Shown here: in pieces, positions 47,761 through 59,291 of the stretch
Position numbering within the stretch: the first letter of the stretch is position 1
Layout: each line of letters begins with the position of its first letter
Source: Setoptus koraiensis
Taxonomy: Eukaryota; Animalia; Arthropoda
Length of the DNA stretch: 64,000 nt
Direction of reading: 5' to 3'
Assembly: GCA_048013815.1 (NCBI GenBank)
Contig: CM106586.1
Location: 23,188,001-23,252,000, forward strand
Notes under the pieces: generated by a model
What the model was told of the DNA's origin: nothing
The model's database searches: none
Seen by the model: only the letters and a program-made list of their open reading frames with translations
Position numbers and translations under genes: made by a program

Positions 47761-50388
47761 CTATTTGTACTGATGGTGATGATTTAAAAGGTTGTGATGA
47801 TGATTCCTATTTGAGTTTCTTTGGCTTGTTTTCTTATTCTTCATACGGCGATTCTGGAACCTGATCACCATGGAACATTTGGAGTTTTGAATTTTTGTTA
47901 ATTCATTATATTATCGCAGCGCATTCATTAAAAGTTGATAGAAGGTAGTTTTGTATTAAGTAAGCAAACGTTCGATGTTCGTTTTCGATTATTTTAACAT
48001 AGCAATATCGCAAGCAAGACATTTGGTGGGCATCAAAAGGGAGAAAGAAAGAGTCAGAAATAGAGTCAAGTTGTTTAAAGAGAAAAGGTTAGAACTTGTA
48101 TAATAAGTTAAAATTAAGCGTAAGTGTATGATATGATGTGTCAAAAGCAACAGCGCGCAAAACATGACTGATATTGCATTGAGCACATTGACTCTGTCAA
48201 ACGCGGCGGCTGAAATTTTGTTAATATCGTGAGTGACAAATTGAATTATCATTAGCGCAAAAGTATATATATATATATAATACATATACTTTTGCTATAT
48301 TATATATATATAAATTACGTACCATATTTTCACTTGACGCTCGGTTAAACTCAAACTTCGTGCCAATTCCCATCTCTTTTGCTTATTAACATAATTACTA
48401 TATAAGAACTCTTTCTCTAATTCCAATGTTTGCGCCTTAGAATATGGTTTCCTTTTTTTCCTATGGTGATGTGCATGATTGTTGACAACATGTTGCTGTT
48501 GTTGTTGCTGCTGTTGATGTTGGTGCTGTTGGTGATGCTGCTGCTTGACAACAACATTGGGATTGACCGCTGCCGCTGCAGCCGCTCCGGCGGCAACAGC
48601 ATTTAGCAAATGTTGCTGTTTGACAACTATGGGTGCAACAACTGCAGCAGCAACAGCAGGATCTATAATTTGTTGTTCCTGGGGTTGTTGCGATTGAGAT
48701 TGTTGTTGCTGTTGTCGTTGTTGTTGTTGCTGCTGCTGTTGTTGTGATATCATAGATCTCGGGGTGACAGTGGCCACATGGTAAGCATCGGGTTCTGCTT
48801 TTAGAGCTACATTGGTGAGTGGTTGCTGGCGATGATGGAGGTGTGGATGTTGTTGTTGCTGGTGTTGATCTAAGTGTTGCTGGTGATGATGATGTGGGTG
48901 TTGCTGGTGTTGTTGTTGCAGTTGAGCCACAACCGATGAAGGGGATACACTAGCGGAAGTGGCCCCATTTGAGTGACCAGCAGCTAATTGTAACTGTTGC
49001 TGTTGTTGTTGATGGTGTTGTTGGTGCTGTTGGGCGAGCGGTTGTTGTTGTTGGTGGTGATGATGATGATAGTGCTGCTGTTGTTGATGATGCTGTTGGT
49101 GGTGATGGTCATGATGCAACTGTTGCTGATGTTGTTGTTGTTGTTGATTATGATGTGGATGATGCGGATGATGTGGATGATGTGGATGATGCGCGTGATG
49201 CGAATGATGTGGATGATGAGGATGATGTGGAAGATGTGGCGATGTGGCGGTGACTGCAGCTCCTGCTAGATATTGTGGTAATGTGCCATTGATCATCCAT
49301 GGATATGTCGACGCTTGATAACAGGCAGCCTGATGCAGGGCAGCCGCTTGTTGTGCAACACTAGAATGATGCTGCTGGGCCTCTTGATATTGTCTGGCAA
49401 CATTGACTGCATTTGCGACATTTAGCGAGCTAGGTGAATTGGCGACAGCGGCAGCCGCTGCTGCCGCACTCACCGCAGCCGATTGCTGATGGTGATGATG
49501 GTGGTGCTGATGATTATAGGCTGCTGCCGCGGCAACATTATGCTGGTGATGCGATTGTTGCATAGAGGCCGCATGATGCTGCTGTTGCTGTTGATGGTTG
49601 GCCCTATGGTGGTGCTGTTGTTGTTGCTGTTGTTGTAGGTGGTGATGTTGTTGTTGGTGGTGCTGTTGGTGGTGTTGAAGGTGCTGCTGGTGTGTCTGCA
49701 GGGGGCCCGATTGACCAGTTGCTGCAGACCCGTCCGACGATAGACTGTTGTTGTTGCTGTTGTGCAAATTGGTTTGTTGTTGCTGCTGCAATGTTGGCGA
49801 CACGTTGGTTGAGGATTTGTTGATGTGCTGTTGTTGTTGTTGAGTGAATTGTTCTTGATGCAAATCTAGCTGCTGGAGGTGATGCTGGTGGTGCAATTGA
49901 TTTGGTTGCTGGTGATGCTGCTGGTGCTGTTGTTGTAATTGCTGTTGGCCATTTGTGTTGCCGTCTTGCTGTTGTGATATGTGCTGGTGATGCTGAAAGT
50001 GTTGCTCATAATGCTGCTGATGCTGCTGGTGTTGTTGTTGTTGTTGTTGTTGGTGACTCTGAATTTGATTGAGATTATCTGGTGTAATATTATTTGTCAA
50101 TGTGGGCGTCGATTGGGGACTCACATGGCCGGCCAGCATGGGCTCGCCGGTGCCGCTCACTAAACTCGCGGGCGACTGATGATAATGACTGTGCGTGACA
50201 GGTACATTTGTGACCGGACTAGCCGAATGATTGAATTGATTGTGATTGTTGTAGTTGGTCCTAGATTGTGTGACGGCCGCCGATGCGGCTGCCGTTGCTG
50301 CTGCCACCGTCATTGCTGATTGTTCATTATGCGACACAACGGGATTGCTGTATGATAAATAATCTGTGGCGGCCTCAGTAATATTCAT
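47761..50388 (-). CDS. Abd-B: Hox protein Abdominal-B, 721 aa, 2 exons
   Basis: Exon 1 50388-48323, intron 48322-47861 (GTACGT..ATCAG), exon 2 47860-47761. Homeodomain [57 protein letters not shown] followed by TSQR is Abd-B diagnostic. N-terminus poly-Q/H/A. Confidence 0.95.
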
Positions 50389-51545
50389 CTTTTGCTCATC
50401 TTTTCATCAAGGATCGCGCCTATTAATTACCAGTAATTACTATTATCTAACTAACGCTCGCTGATCACTTGCTGACTGCACTGTCTTTGTTGTTTATGAT
50501 GATATTTTAATGTCTTAATTAATTAATTATTTATTTATTTACTTTTGATTGGCCCACTGTAATGGCTTTTCGCTCTTGCTCAGCGCTCTCTGATCGTTAC
50601 ACTCTAATGTCTTGCTGTTCTCTGCCTCGTCTCTCTCGCTGATCGCGTTGTCGTGTGTGAAAAATAAACAATTGTATTAGTTCGAACAATTCGACAATGC
50701 ACATTCGACAATATGTGACGTATAGGCCTGTATGCCTGCGACTAAGTCGGCCTAAGTTGCCTGCTCTCTCTCTCTCTCTCTCCTTCTCTCGCCTTGCGAA
50801 ATTTGTTCAGTCGACTCGAACGACGCTACAGCTTTCGCATGTTGCAATTTCACGTGTATCGCAAACAAATGTGTGTGTGTGTGTGTCTGCGCTTGCGCAA
50901 ACAACCCAGATGATTAGCTCATTTGGTTTGAGTTGCTCAAAATCGAATTGTCGAGTGTTGTCGAACTTTAGAATCGAACAAACTTTCAGCGAATCGTACA
51001 TCCTGCTCTCCAATCGCAAGACTCAGAGCGCAGACTCAGAGTGCACCCACTTGCGCCTTATACGGCGACTTTAGCCTCACTCAAGCTCACTCTGATGAGC
51101 AAAGTTCGAACCAACTCGACTCAATACCAACTATCACCACCTATAATCAACGTTATATACAGCCCAAGCGACCCCAACGCCATCTGGCCTCCGCGATGCT
51201 CACTAGACTTTTCGCTATCACCACAATGATACCGAAAAATGATAGATACTCGAGTTCTCTAGATGCAACATGGCTTAGCAATAATTCATTATTAAGTATA
51301 TAATTATAACTGACAATGGGCCAAACAATTAGATGTGATTATTACATAGTTACCACCACAGTTACAGCCTTTTTATTGTTGCGATTTTCAAGAAAATAGT
51401 CGCTTTCTCGTGATACACAATCATAGATATTTATATATTAAACTCACTCGAAACAGAGACTGAATGAGCTTCCAGAACATCTATTTTGGTTAGTCAACCG
51501 AAAATCAACCCTTCTAGCCGACAACAAATATGGTCCGCTCACTGT

Positions 51546-52256
51546 CTATCCTACGTTGGCTAGATAGTCTTTTATTTCTGCCGGTGTAAGACGCTTAAAT
51601 CCATCCTTATTGCAGACGCCAATCTCAATGTTGTCGGCTGTCATTTGGCCTTCAAAACCCTCTTTGAGTGTTAAAATAGCGGTGTGAACAGCGTCCTCTA
51701 ATTCCAGATCTTCTGAGTAACGTTTCTCAAGAAACGATTTGCCATTGACATAATTCTTTCCCATAGCTGTGGCTTTCCAGGCGAAGTAGGCTCCAGATGG
51801 ATCACATTGGAATAAGTAGGATCTATCTTCATCCTTGTCATAACCGGCCGTGAGAAGAGAGACTCCAAATGGTCTGACGCCTCCCGATTGTGTGTACTCT
51901 TGCATAATGTAAGCCACTTTCTGTACTAATTGTGGGGTAGGTATAGGTTCATCATATGTCAATTGATACTGTTGCGCTATCTTTCTGGCTTTTCTAACTA
52001 ATAGACGATAATCTGGTCCCATGCCCGAGTAAATCATTCCTATGTGTGATGTGATTGGCTCTATTTTCATAATAGAATGTTCATCAAATAACAATGACTT
52101 GTGTTTCTTCTCGGTTGCTAGAACAACTCCATTTGAGGCCTTGATGCCCACCGAGGGGGCACCGGCGGCTACAGCTGCCAGAGCATATTCTATTTGGACG
52201 AGTTTTCCCGACGGGCTGAATGTTGTCAACGAGAAACTGTATCTTTCTGTCGACAT
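51546..52256 (-). CDS. PSMA2: Proteasome subunit alpha type-2, intronless, 236 aa
   Basis: ATG 52256: [26 protein letters not shown]; [15 protein letters not shown]; [17 protein letters not shown]. Confidence 0.97.
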   Translation of the reverse strand: MSTERYSFSLTTFSPSGKLVQIEYALAAVAAGAPSVGIKASNGVVLATEKKHKSLLFDEHSIMKIEPITSHIGMIYSGMGPDYRLLVRKARKIAQQYQLTYDEPIPTPQLVQKVAYIMQEYTQSGGVRPFGVSLLTAGYDKDEDRSYLFQCDPSGAYFAWKATAMGKNYVNGKSFLEKRYSEDLELEDAVHTAILTLKEGFEGQMTADNIEIGVCNKDGFKRLTPAEIKDYLANVG

Positions 52257-53617
52257 GTTGGTCTGGAAGATGTTTAGATGTTGACAAAAACACTGTTGGT
52301 GCGCTCTGGTGAATGTCGATGTGAAATCTGATGTTAAATTCAAATTGTCACGGTATTGAACTTTATTGGGCTGCGACGTTTAGCTGTTGACAAGATGCCG
52401 ATGTGCCAATAATAAGAGTAGAGGCCGAATAATAATCAGTTATTGTCAATGGATTCAGTGCATGTGTGTCGATAAGAATATTATCCGACATTTGCTTCAG
52501 CAGCTGTAAAACAGCGGTGCTCTCTTGGTCTCCCCCGCTCGACTGTGTGTGTCTCCCTTGAAGATAAGCGGGCATTTCACTGTTCAGTTGGTGGAAGGGA
52601 GCAAATAAACGATGGGAGCATACACACGACGGGAGACGGGGCACAAAATGCCAGTTTATTGTTGTCAAGGCGCTAGTTTTGAAACAACGCATATCCGGGT
52701 TCTTTCAGATGTGAATAGATGGCGCTAAGAAAAAAATATTTTTCACTATCTCAGTACAGTCATTGGTCTAACACCAGGCAAATAGTACACAAGTACTAGT
52801 GGCATTCCACATATTTAAAATACACACGGTATACCGACGATCCGAACAGACACACGGACGCACAGACAATGATGCGTACGTCTTGTTAAAGTGGTAATGT
52901 TTGTGCGTGTACTGTGGCATCCATAGTCTATTGGTGCTGTTGTTGCTCTATGTGCGATGATGCACACAAAACTCAATTGCCAATGTATAGGGTGATCATC
53001 TAATATAGATTGAGCGACGCTCAGAGTATAACGCAGAAACGCTACAGTTTGCAAAGTGTACACTATTTGTGCACACCAAAAATGAGCATAACTTAGTTTT
53101 GCTGCGTGTTGCCCATTCAATGGCCCATCCAACATGTAAGATACAACACCATTTGTACACAGCCTGTGCGCCGCCAAAGGTAACCTTTGTGCACTTTTGT
53201 GCGGCGCATCCAATCTCTTCTTGATCACCCTATACGTACACACGCATAGGCACACATACATGAAATGATACGTATAGAAATTATCACCACCAGCCACTAT
53301 TATTATTAATTATATATAAATAGATTATTCATACATTATTATCAACTTACAACAGATATGTATATACATATATCTGTATGTATCTATATGTATTTCACTA
53401 ATTATCTTCATTTACATACATAGACATATGTGTATGTAGGGACGCACATAAACAGACCATACATGAACAACACACATAGATTTAGTCAAGAAAGAGAGAC
53501 ACCACCACCACCACATATTTTCAGACAATATCAACAACATTAGAGAAACTTCTTGAAGATAAATCCTCTTGCGATATACACACATTTATATTGATACACA
53601 AGCATATATCCATATAT

Positions 53618-53790
53618 TCATATATATATATATATATATCTATATATATGTATATATATATGTGTTTATTCTTATATGTATACCATAATATATCTTCATC
53701 TATATACATAGATAGCTAGACATATCTTAACGTGGATATATATATATATATAGATTTATATATATATATATTTATGTATATATATATATA
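53618..53790. repeat. Compound (TA)n low-complexity tract upstream of Ras
   Basis: Interrupted TA runs at ~53618-53660 and ~53736-53790. Confidence 0.8.
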
Positions 53791-54003
53791 CATACATAAA
53801 AACAGGCACACATTGGCACATAGCGAGAGTCAGCGACACAAATCATTATTATTATTATATTAGTACTATATATAATTCTTATTATTATCACTATCACCAC
53901 CTATTATTATTATTATTATTAACTGATTTACCATCGCTATTATTACTAGCGTTATTATTATTATTATCCACACACACACACTTACATCCATACAAATCCT
54001 CAA

Positions 54004-54570
54004 ATGACAGAATATAAATTAGTGGTCGTTGGAGCCGGTGGAGTTGGTAAAAGCGCTTTGACAATACAATTGATACAAAATCATTTTGTTGACGAATATG
54101 ATCCCACGATAGAGGATTCCTATAGGAAGCAAGTGGTTATAGATGGCGAAACTTGCTTATTAGATATTCTTGACACTGCTGGTCAAGAAGAATACAGCGC
54201 TATGCGTGATCAATATATGAGAACTGGCGAAGGTTTTCTTTTAGTTTTTGCTGTTAATAACACTAAATCTTTTGAAGATATAGCAATGTATCGTGAGCAG
54301 ATCAAAAGAGTTAAAGATTCTGATGATGTACCGATGGTTCTAGTCGGTAACAAATGCGATTTAACGCCCAGGCATATTAATGAAAGGGAGACGAGGGATG
54401 TCGCCCAAAATTACAACATTCCCTTTATAGAGACCTCGGCCAAGACAAGAATGGGTGTAGATGAAGCTTTCTATACTTTAGTTAGAGAAATCCGAAAAGA
54501 AAAAGAACGCAAAGAACGCGACAGAAGGAGAGGACGCGATAGAAGGATTCGTAATTGTAACGTTTTGTAA
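54004..54570 (+). CDS. Ras1: Ras small GTPase (Ras85D/K-Ras type), intronless, 188 aa
   Basis: [43 protein letters not shown], polybasic tail and CaaX CNVL. Confidence 0.98.
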   Translation: MTEYKLVVVGAGGVGKSALTIQLIQNHFVDEYDPTIEDSYRKQVVIDGETCLLDILDTAGQEEYSAMRDQYMRTGEGFLLVFAVNNTKSFEDIAMYREQIKRVKDSDDVPMVLVGNKCDLTPRHINERETRDVAQNYNIPFIETSAKTRMGVDEAFYTLVREIRKEKERKERDRRRGRDRRIRNCNVL

Positions 54571-54696
54571 CGTATTAAATATATACATATAAAGTATTTA
54601 TATATATGTATAAACGCATATATATATAAACACGTAACTATCTATTTATAACTATATGGATATACAGAGATTATTATTATTGTTTGGCTACATAAA

Positions 54697-55437
54697 TCAC
54701 CTGCGAGACCTTTTTGGCGACAAAGAATTAATCGAATTGGGTTCATTTTGATTTTCGTTTCGACTTCTCAACTTTGACTTGGCTCGTCGCTCCTCTTCGT
54801 CGTCAGAGTAGTCCCTGAGATGGTCGGGAGGTTCGTTATTGTCTTTCCAACTAGCATCTGTACCTTTGATTTTTCTTAGCTGATTTACAAAGACAAAGCT
54901 AGTGATAGATATATCGGCCGATGGTGCAAAATATACAGCCATGTCGACTGTCAAATGCTTTGATGCAATATCCTCTTCTGTATTGAATCTTATCGAGTAT
55001 GAAGGCTCCTTCACTTGTCCTAGAACGTCGAATATTTGACCTATAGGATTTCCATCAGCAAAAAACAGAACCGAATCGATATTCAACGGTGGCATATCCT
55101 TATCTGACTGGACTATAATTTGCTTCTCAACAATGGTACTAATCGTTCCCAAACGGGCTAATGTGTTTGAAGGCACTGATATCTTGAGATCCTCAATGGG
55201 GGGCAGATCTTGCAGAAGTAACTCTCCCTCCGTTTTCGGGACAAAAACTGCGCGTTCAACTATATTGTCTTCCTCATCATCATCATCCATGTGTGTTTCG
55301 CGACAAGGCGACACTATCGATGAAACTGTATCGGAAGAGTCATCCTCAACTTCCTTGTCTGAGTCATCATCTGAACTGTCTGATGCATAGGCCGATGAGA
55401 GCTGCCTTAAGCCATTTGGATCCTTTGTTGTTTCCAT
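54697..55437 (-). CDS. NAF1: H/ACA RNP assembly factor NAF1, 246 aa
   Basis: Acidic N-terminus, LPPIEDL, Gar1/Naf1 core (IGQIFDVLGQVKEPSYSIRF), KGTDASWKDNNEPP..DYSDDEEE. A splice acceptor (tttttacag) lies 4 nt before the ATG, implying a 5'-UTR intron. Confidence 0.9.
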   Translation of the reverse strand: METTKDPNGLRQLSSAYASDSSDDDSDKEVEDDSSDTVSSIVSPCRETHMDDDDEEDNIVERAVFVPKTEGELLLQDLPPIEDLKISVPSNTLARLGTISTIVEKQIIVQSDKDMPPLNIDSVLFFADGNPIGQIFDVLGQVKEPSYSIRFNTEEDIASKHLTVDMAVYFAPSADISITSFVFVNQLRKIKGTDASWKDNNEPPDHLRDYSDDEEERRAKSKLRSRNENQNEPNSINSLSPKRSRR

Positions 55438-55849
55438 TTACCTGTAAAAAGATTATCGAGCTGCTGAGTGATTCTTTGAAATGCAGCGAATTTAAGTTTA
55501 GTCTAACAAGTTTCATTGTGCAATGAGCATTTTCTGATGCGGCCCTCTGATGACGGAAAGTTTTTCATCAACGCGCATGCAATCAGCTGTGAGGCCAGAG
55601 CACATGTGTTTCAATCAACACACACAGTTATAAACAGGTAGGCACACACACAAACAAGATTTCTAACAACCTTGCAAGATACACGTATACAGTTTCTTTG
55701 AGACAAGAATCTCCATAAGTGATGATGCGGTCACCAATCTTCATTAGTTACCGGACAAAACTATCTAGTGATGCCTTAGGTAACAACTCTCTATTTCCAC
55801 AACCATTCTCCTTATTATTTCAAAAAGTAAGTTCTAATAAGTTGCGAAA

Positions 55850-57080
55850 ATGGCTTTTAAGCAGGTCACCGCCAAGGCACCAGTTAATATAGCCGTTATT
55901 AAGTATTGGGGAAAAGCCGACGAGAAACTTAAGATACCTATAAATGACTCTATCAGCGGGACTCTATCTCTAGATGAACTGTGCACTACCACAACTATCA
56001 AACTATCTGACACCTACACTGAGGATCAATTATATCTCAACAATGTACGACAGAGTTTGGATGAAAATGGTCAACGATTTAGATTGCTCATTGAAGAAGG
56101 TGAGTCTCCAACTGAATCTTATATTTCTTATTCCTCACGACTGACACTAACATTGATACTACCACCCAAACTAAATTTATCGATTATCAGTCCGAAGAAG
56201 AACTCCAAACAAGGAGTTGGCTTCTTTGTATGCCCACATTGAGTCTGAAAACAATTTTCCAACTGCAGCTGGATTAGCATCATCGGCTGCAGGTTTTGCC
56301 TGCTTGGCATTCGTCTTAGGGCATGCATTCGAATTAACAGATAGAAAAGAATTATCCATACTAGCCAGAATAGGATCTGGAAGCGCTTGTAGATCCCTTT
56401 ACGGAGGGTTTGTTCGTTGGCACAGAGGAAATAGTTCAGATTCCTCTGTAGCAGAGCAATTGTTTGATCACAATCATTGGCCGGAAATCAGAGTTCTTAT
56501 TTGTGTAGCTAATGAATCACAAAAGGAAATATCAAGCTCGCTTGGAATGCGCTACAGTAAAGAGACTAGCAAATTACTAGAACATAGGGCGGACGTAGTA
56601 GTTCCTGTTAGGGTTGAGGAGATGATAGGGGCAATACGTGACAAAGACTTCGAATCGTTCGGTCGCATTACGATGCAAGATTCCAACCAGTTCCATGCCA
56701 TTTGCCTGGATACCTGGCCTCCAATACGTTATTTGAATGATACTAGTTACTCTATAATGAGGCTATGCTCACTTATTAATAAGTTTTATGGTGAGATAAA
56801 AGTTGCGTATACTTTTGATGCAGGACCGAATGCTTGCATCTATACCACTGAAGAAATGATAGACAGTTTGATCGCGGTTATCCTTCACTTTTACCCAGGA
56901 GAAAATGGCCTCCCCATTACAATAAAAGGTAGATTAGGTAATGAGAGAGACTCCAAACAGACCACAAAAACTAGAGATGAGTTAATCGGATTCCTTAGGA
57001 GTCAGAATCAAGCAATCTCGATGAATTCATTAAGCTACCTCATTAGCACAAAGATAGGAGAAGGTCCAAAATTGGTTTGA
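55850..57080 (+). CDS. MVD: Diphosphomevalonate decarboxylase, 379 aa, 2 exons
   Basis: Exons 55850-56099 and 56191-57080 (91-nt GTGAGT..ATCAG phase-1 intron). [58 protein letters not shown]. Confidence 0.95.
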
Positions 57081-57246
57081 TACCAATATTTCGCTATCTA
57101 AACACAAGGGAATTTCGTGCCATATAAATATATTATATTTTCTAAGCATAGTGCAGATATGTTATTGAAAGAAGGTTCAGTTGGGCGATAATAATTCAAT
57201 GATAAGGACAGGCTAAAACTATTTCTATAATATTAACAAGATCTAA

Positions 57247-58404
57247 TTATGTAATCAGTTCATTATTGTGATCTGAGAAAAATTGTTTTCCTAACTCATA
57301 ACACGATATCATAATGGCGCAGGAAGGTGCTACTTTCATCACACGTGGCACAACACCAGAGAATAGACCTGAAACTCCTTGCTGTCGGTAGATTTTCGAC
57401 AATATCTCAATAGTTGCCTTAGATGCAGCTTTCTTTTGGAGTTTTTTACTTCCGGATATTTCTTGCTCCCCTAATTCTATTTGACGATGAGTTTTAGCAA
57501 CATCGAATGGCAATGTGACAACTGCTGCTAATGATCCTGCCAGGGCCCCTGCTGAAAGACTAAATTGCCATGTTGGGCGTCGCTGATCGAAATTCTCTTT
57601 GAGGTACTCATATCCTGCCCAGTAGATGGACGAAAACGGTACATCACGCATTAGTGTGGGCGCTAAGCCTCGCCAAAGACTCAGGGTCCCCTCGTTTTTC
57701 ACAAGGGTTCTCACCGCTGAACCAATTTCCCAGTAGCTTAACTTTTTAGATTGCATCTTTGTTCTAACTAGCTCTAATGGACTAATAACAGTGGCTGCAA
57801 TACATCGAGCAAATGCCCCACAAACGACAGGTATCCAAACAGGTTGATGTTGTGTTCCGTGCCAACTCCAGACGTTGGCCCTGAGACGATCATAGGCGGT
57901 AAAATAAACAACAGTTGCTGGTATGGCCATCAAAAGTGTAGGGGGTAAACCAGACCACAATGAAGCAATACCTTCAGATCTAGATATTTTGATTAATGCG
58001 TCAAAAGTGCCATTAAATTGACCAGGTATAGGCCGTTTGTACCAATGAACATTGCGAGGATCTATAGTGAAGGTTCCGCCATTTGGACCATGTATATGAC
58101 CATTCCCATTACCATTAACACAGTAGCAGATATGTTCCATGAGGCCATTGCTGTATAGGAAACATTTGTTACGATAGAAGTTTTTTTGTTGAGCTTGCAA
58201 TCTAATTTTGACAACATCAAACGGGGTCACAATAAGCGACGTAGCGAATGCACCTGTGATGCAAGATATAATCTGTTGGGTGGGTGATATCATTTGAACG
58301 TCGTCGATTGTAGGCCATTGATTGGAGGTATCCTGATGTAATGGACCGTTGAACATGGTACATTCAGCCTTATCACTGATTTTATTGGTTTCCATATCAG
58401 ACAT
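57247..58404 (-). CDS. SLC25A40: Mitochondrial carrier SLC25A39/40 (Shawn-like), intronless, 385 aa
   Basis: Three carrier signatures PFDVVKIRLQ, PLELVRTKMQ, PFDVAKTHRQ; matrix loop CFLYSNGLMEHICYC; LWSGLPPTL. Confidence 0.92.
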   Translation of the reverse strand: MSDMETNKISDKAECTMFNGPLHQDTSNQWPTIDDVQMISPTQQIISCITGAFATSLIVTPFDVVKIRLQAQQKNFYRNKCFLYSNGLMEHICYCVNGNGNGHIHGPNGGTFTIDPRNVHWYKRPIPGQFNGTFDALIKISRSEGIASLWSGLPPTLLMAIPATVVYFTAYDRLRANVWSWHGTQHQPVWIPVVCGAFARCIAATVISPLELVRTKMQSKKLSYWEIGSAVRTLVKNEGTLSLWRGLAPTLMRDVPFSSIYWAGYEYLKENFDQRRPTWQFSLSAGALAGSLAAVVTLPFDVAKTHRQIELGEQEISGSKKLQKKAASKATIEILSKIYRQQGVSGLFSGVVPRVMKVAPSCAIMISCYELGKQFFSDHNNELIT

Positions 58405-59291
58405 TCTGATTGGGTCTTATGTTGGGAATAAGTAATGGCTGCTCGTCTTAGTGATGTTTTTTGTCTACTGATTCGAAGAATGTTAACTTGGTCAGTTCAG
58501 AACCAAAGGCCACATATTCTCGATTGATCAGATATGTCAGATATCATCCAAACTTCAGGTCTAGGTGAGTCATATATGTATCTCTCAGATTTACAATACA
58601 TAACGTGGGTTTTTATTGTTCTATTCGAAACGAAGCTAAATGAAATCTAATACGAAAATATGGTACTTGTCTATTCTGAATGATATTTGTTGAGCATTGT
58701 TATTGTAAATATTTTCAATGATAGAGGTCCTAACGTGGTCAGCTACCTTCGAAGGATGCATCAGCTGGGAGTATCAGAATCAAATACGAATGATTACATA
58801 AATTGAATGATACAATTTGTTTCTAACGGAGATGCAGCATTGTGAGCATTGCGCTCAGACCGTTCACGTGGTCGCTATCATGAGCGCACTCTATCGTTCA
58901 AGAAATGATTCAAATTCGAATGGAACAGAGGTTTTCACTCACGGTAAGCTGTGGTTCAGAAGGAGTCACCTTAGGCCAGCGCCCCAACAAAAAAGAACTC
59001 CAAATGATTTATAGCAGATGATGGTGCAAAATAGAGGTTAGATTTCACATATTTTGCCAAAATCAGATCGAGCAATGAGAATGAATGGCAGTAAAAGATC
59101 GAGATGAGGAAAAAGAATTCTAAGTTTGTATAGACCAATTATTTATATATAGATATATATACGTAAATATATTCTTTTATTGTTTTTCATGATGAATAAC
59201 ATAATAGGTGATGGAACAATTTTGAGTCACAGGTGTCAACAAAGTATGATGATGATTCATTGATTATAGTGATGATGATCTTTGTAGTGAT

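Noticed and set aside
58130-58175. Cys-to-Ser (YSNG) in the SLC25A39/40 Fe-S-sensing loop
   Set aside because: YSNG is, as I recall, the normal vertebrate SLC25A40 state, so it is not novel.
18240-59122. Intergenic frames with only TGA stops (~18240-18680 minus, ~20600-21036 plus, ~58830-59122 plus) suggesting UGA recoding or organellar DNA
   Set aside because: All real genes read in the standard code, no SECIS or organellar homology was seen, and TA depletion explains scarce TAA/TAG.
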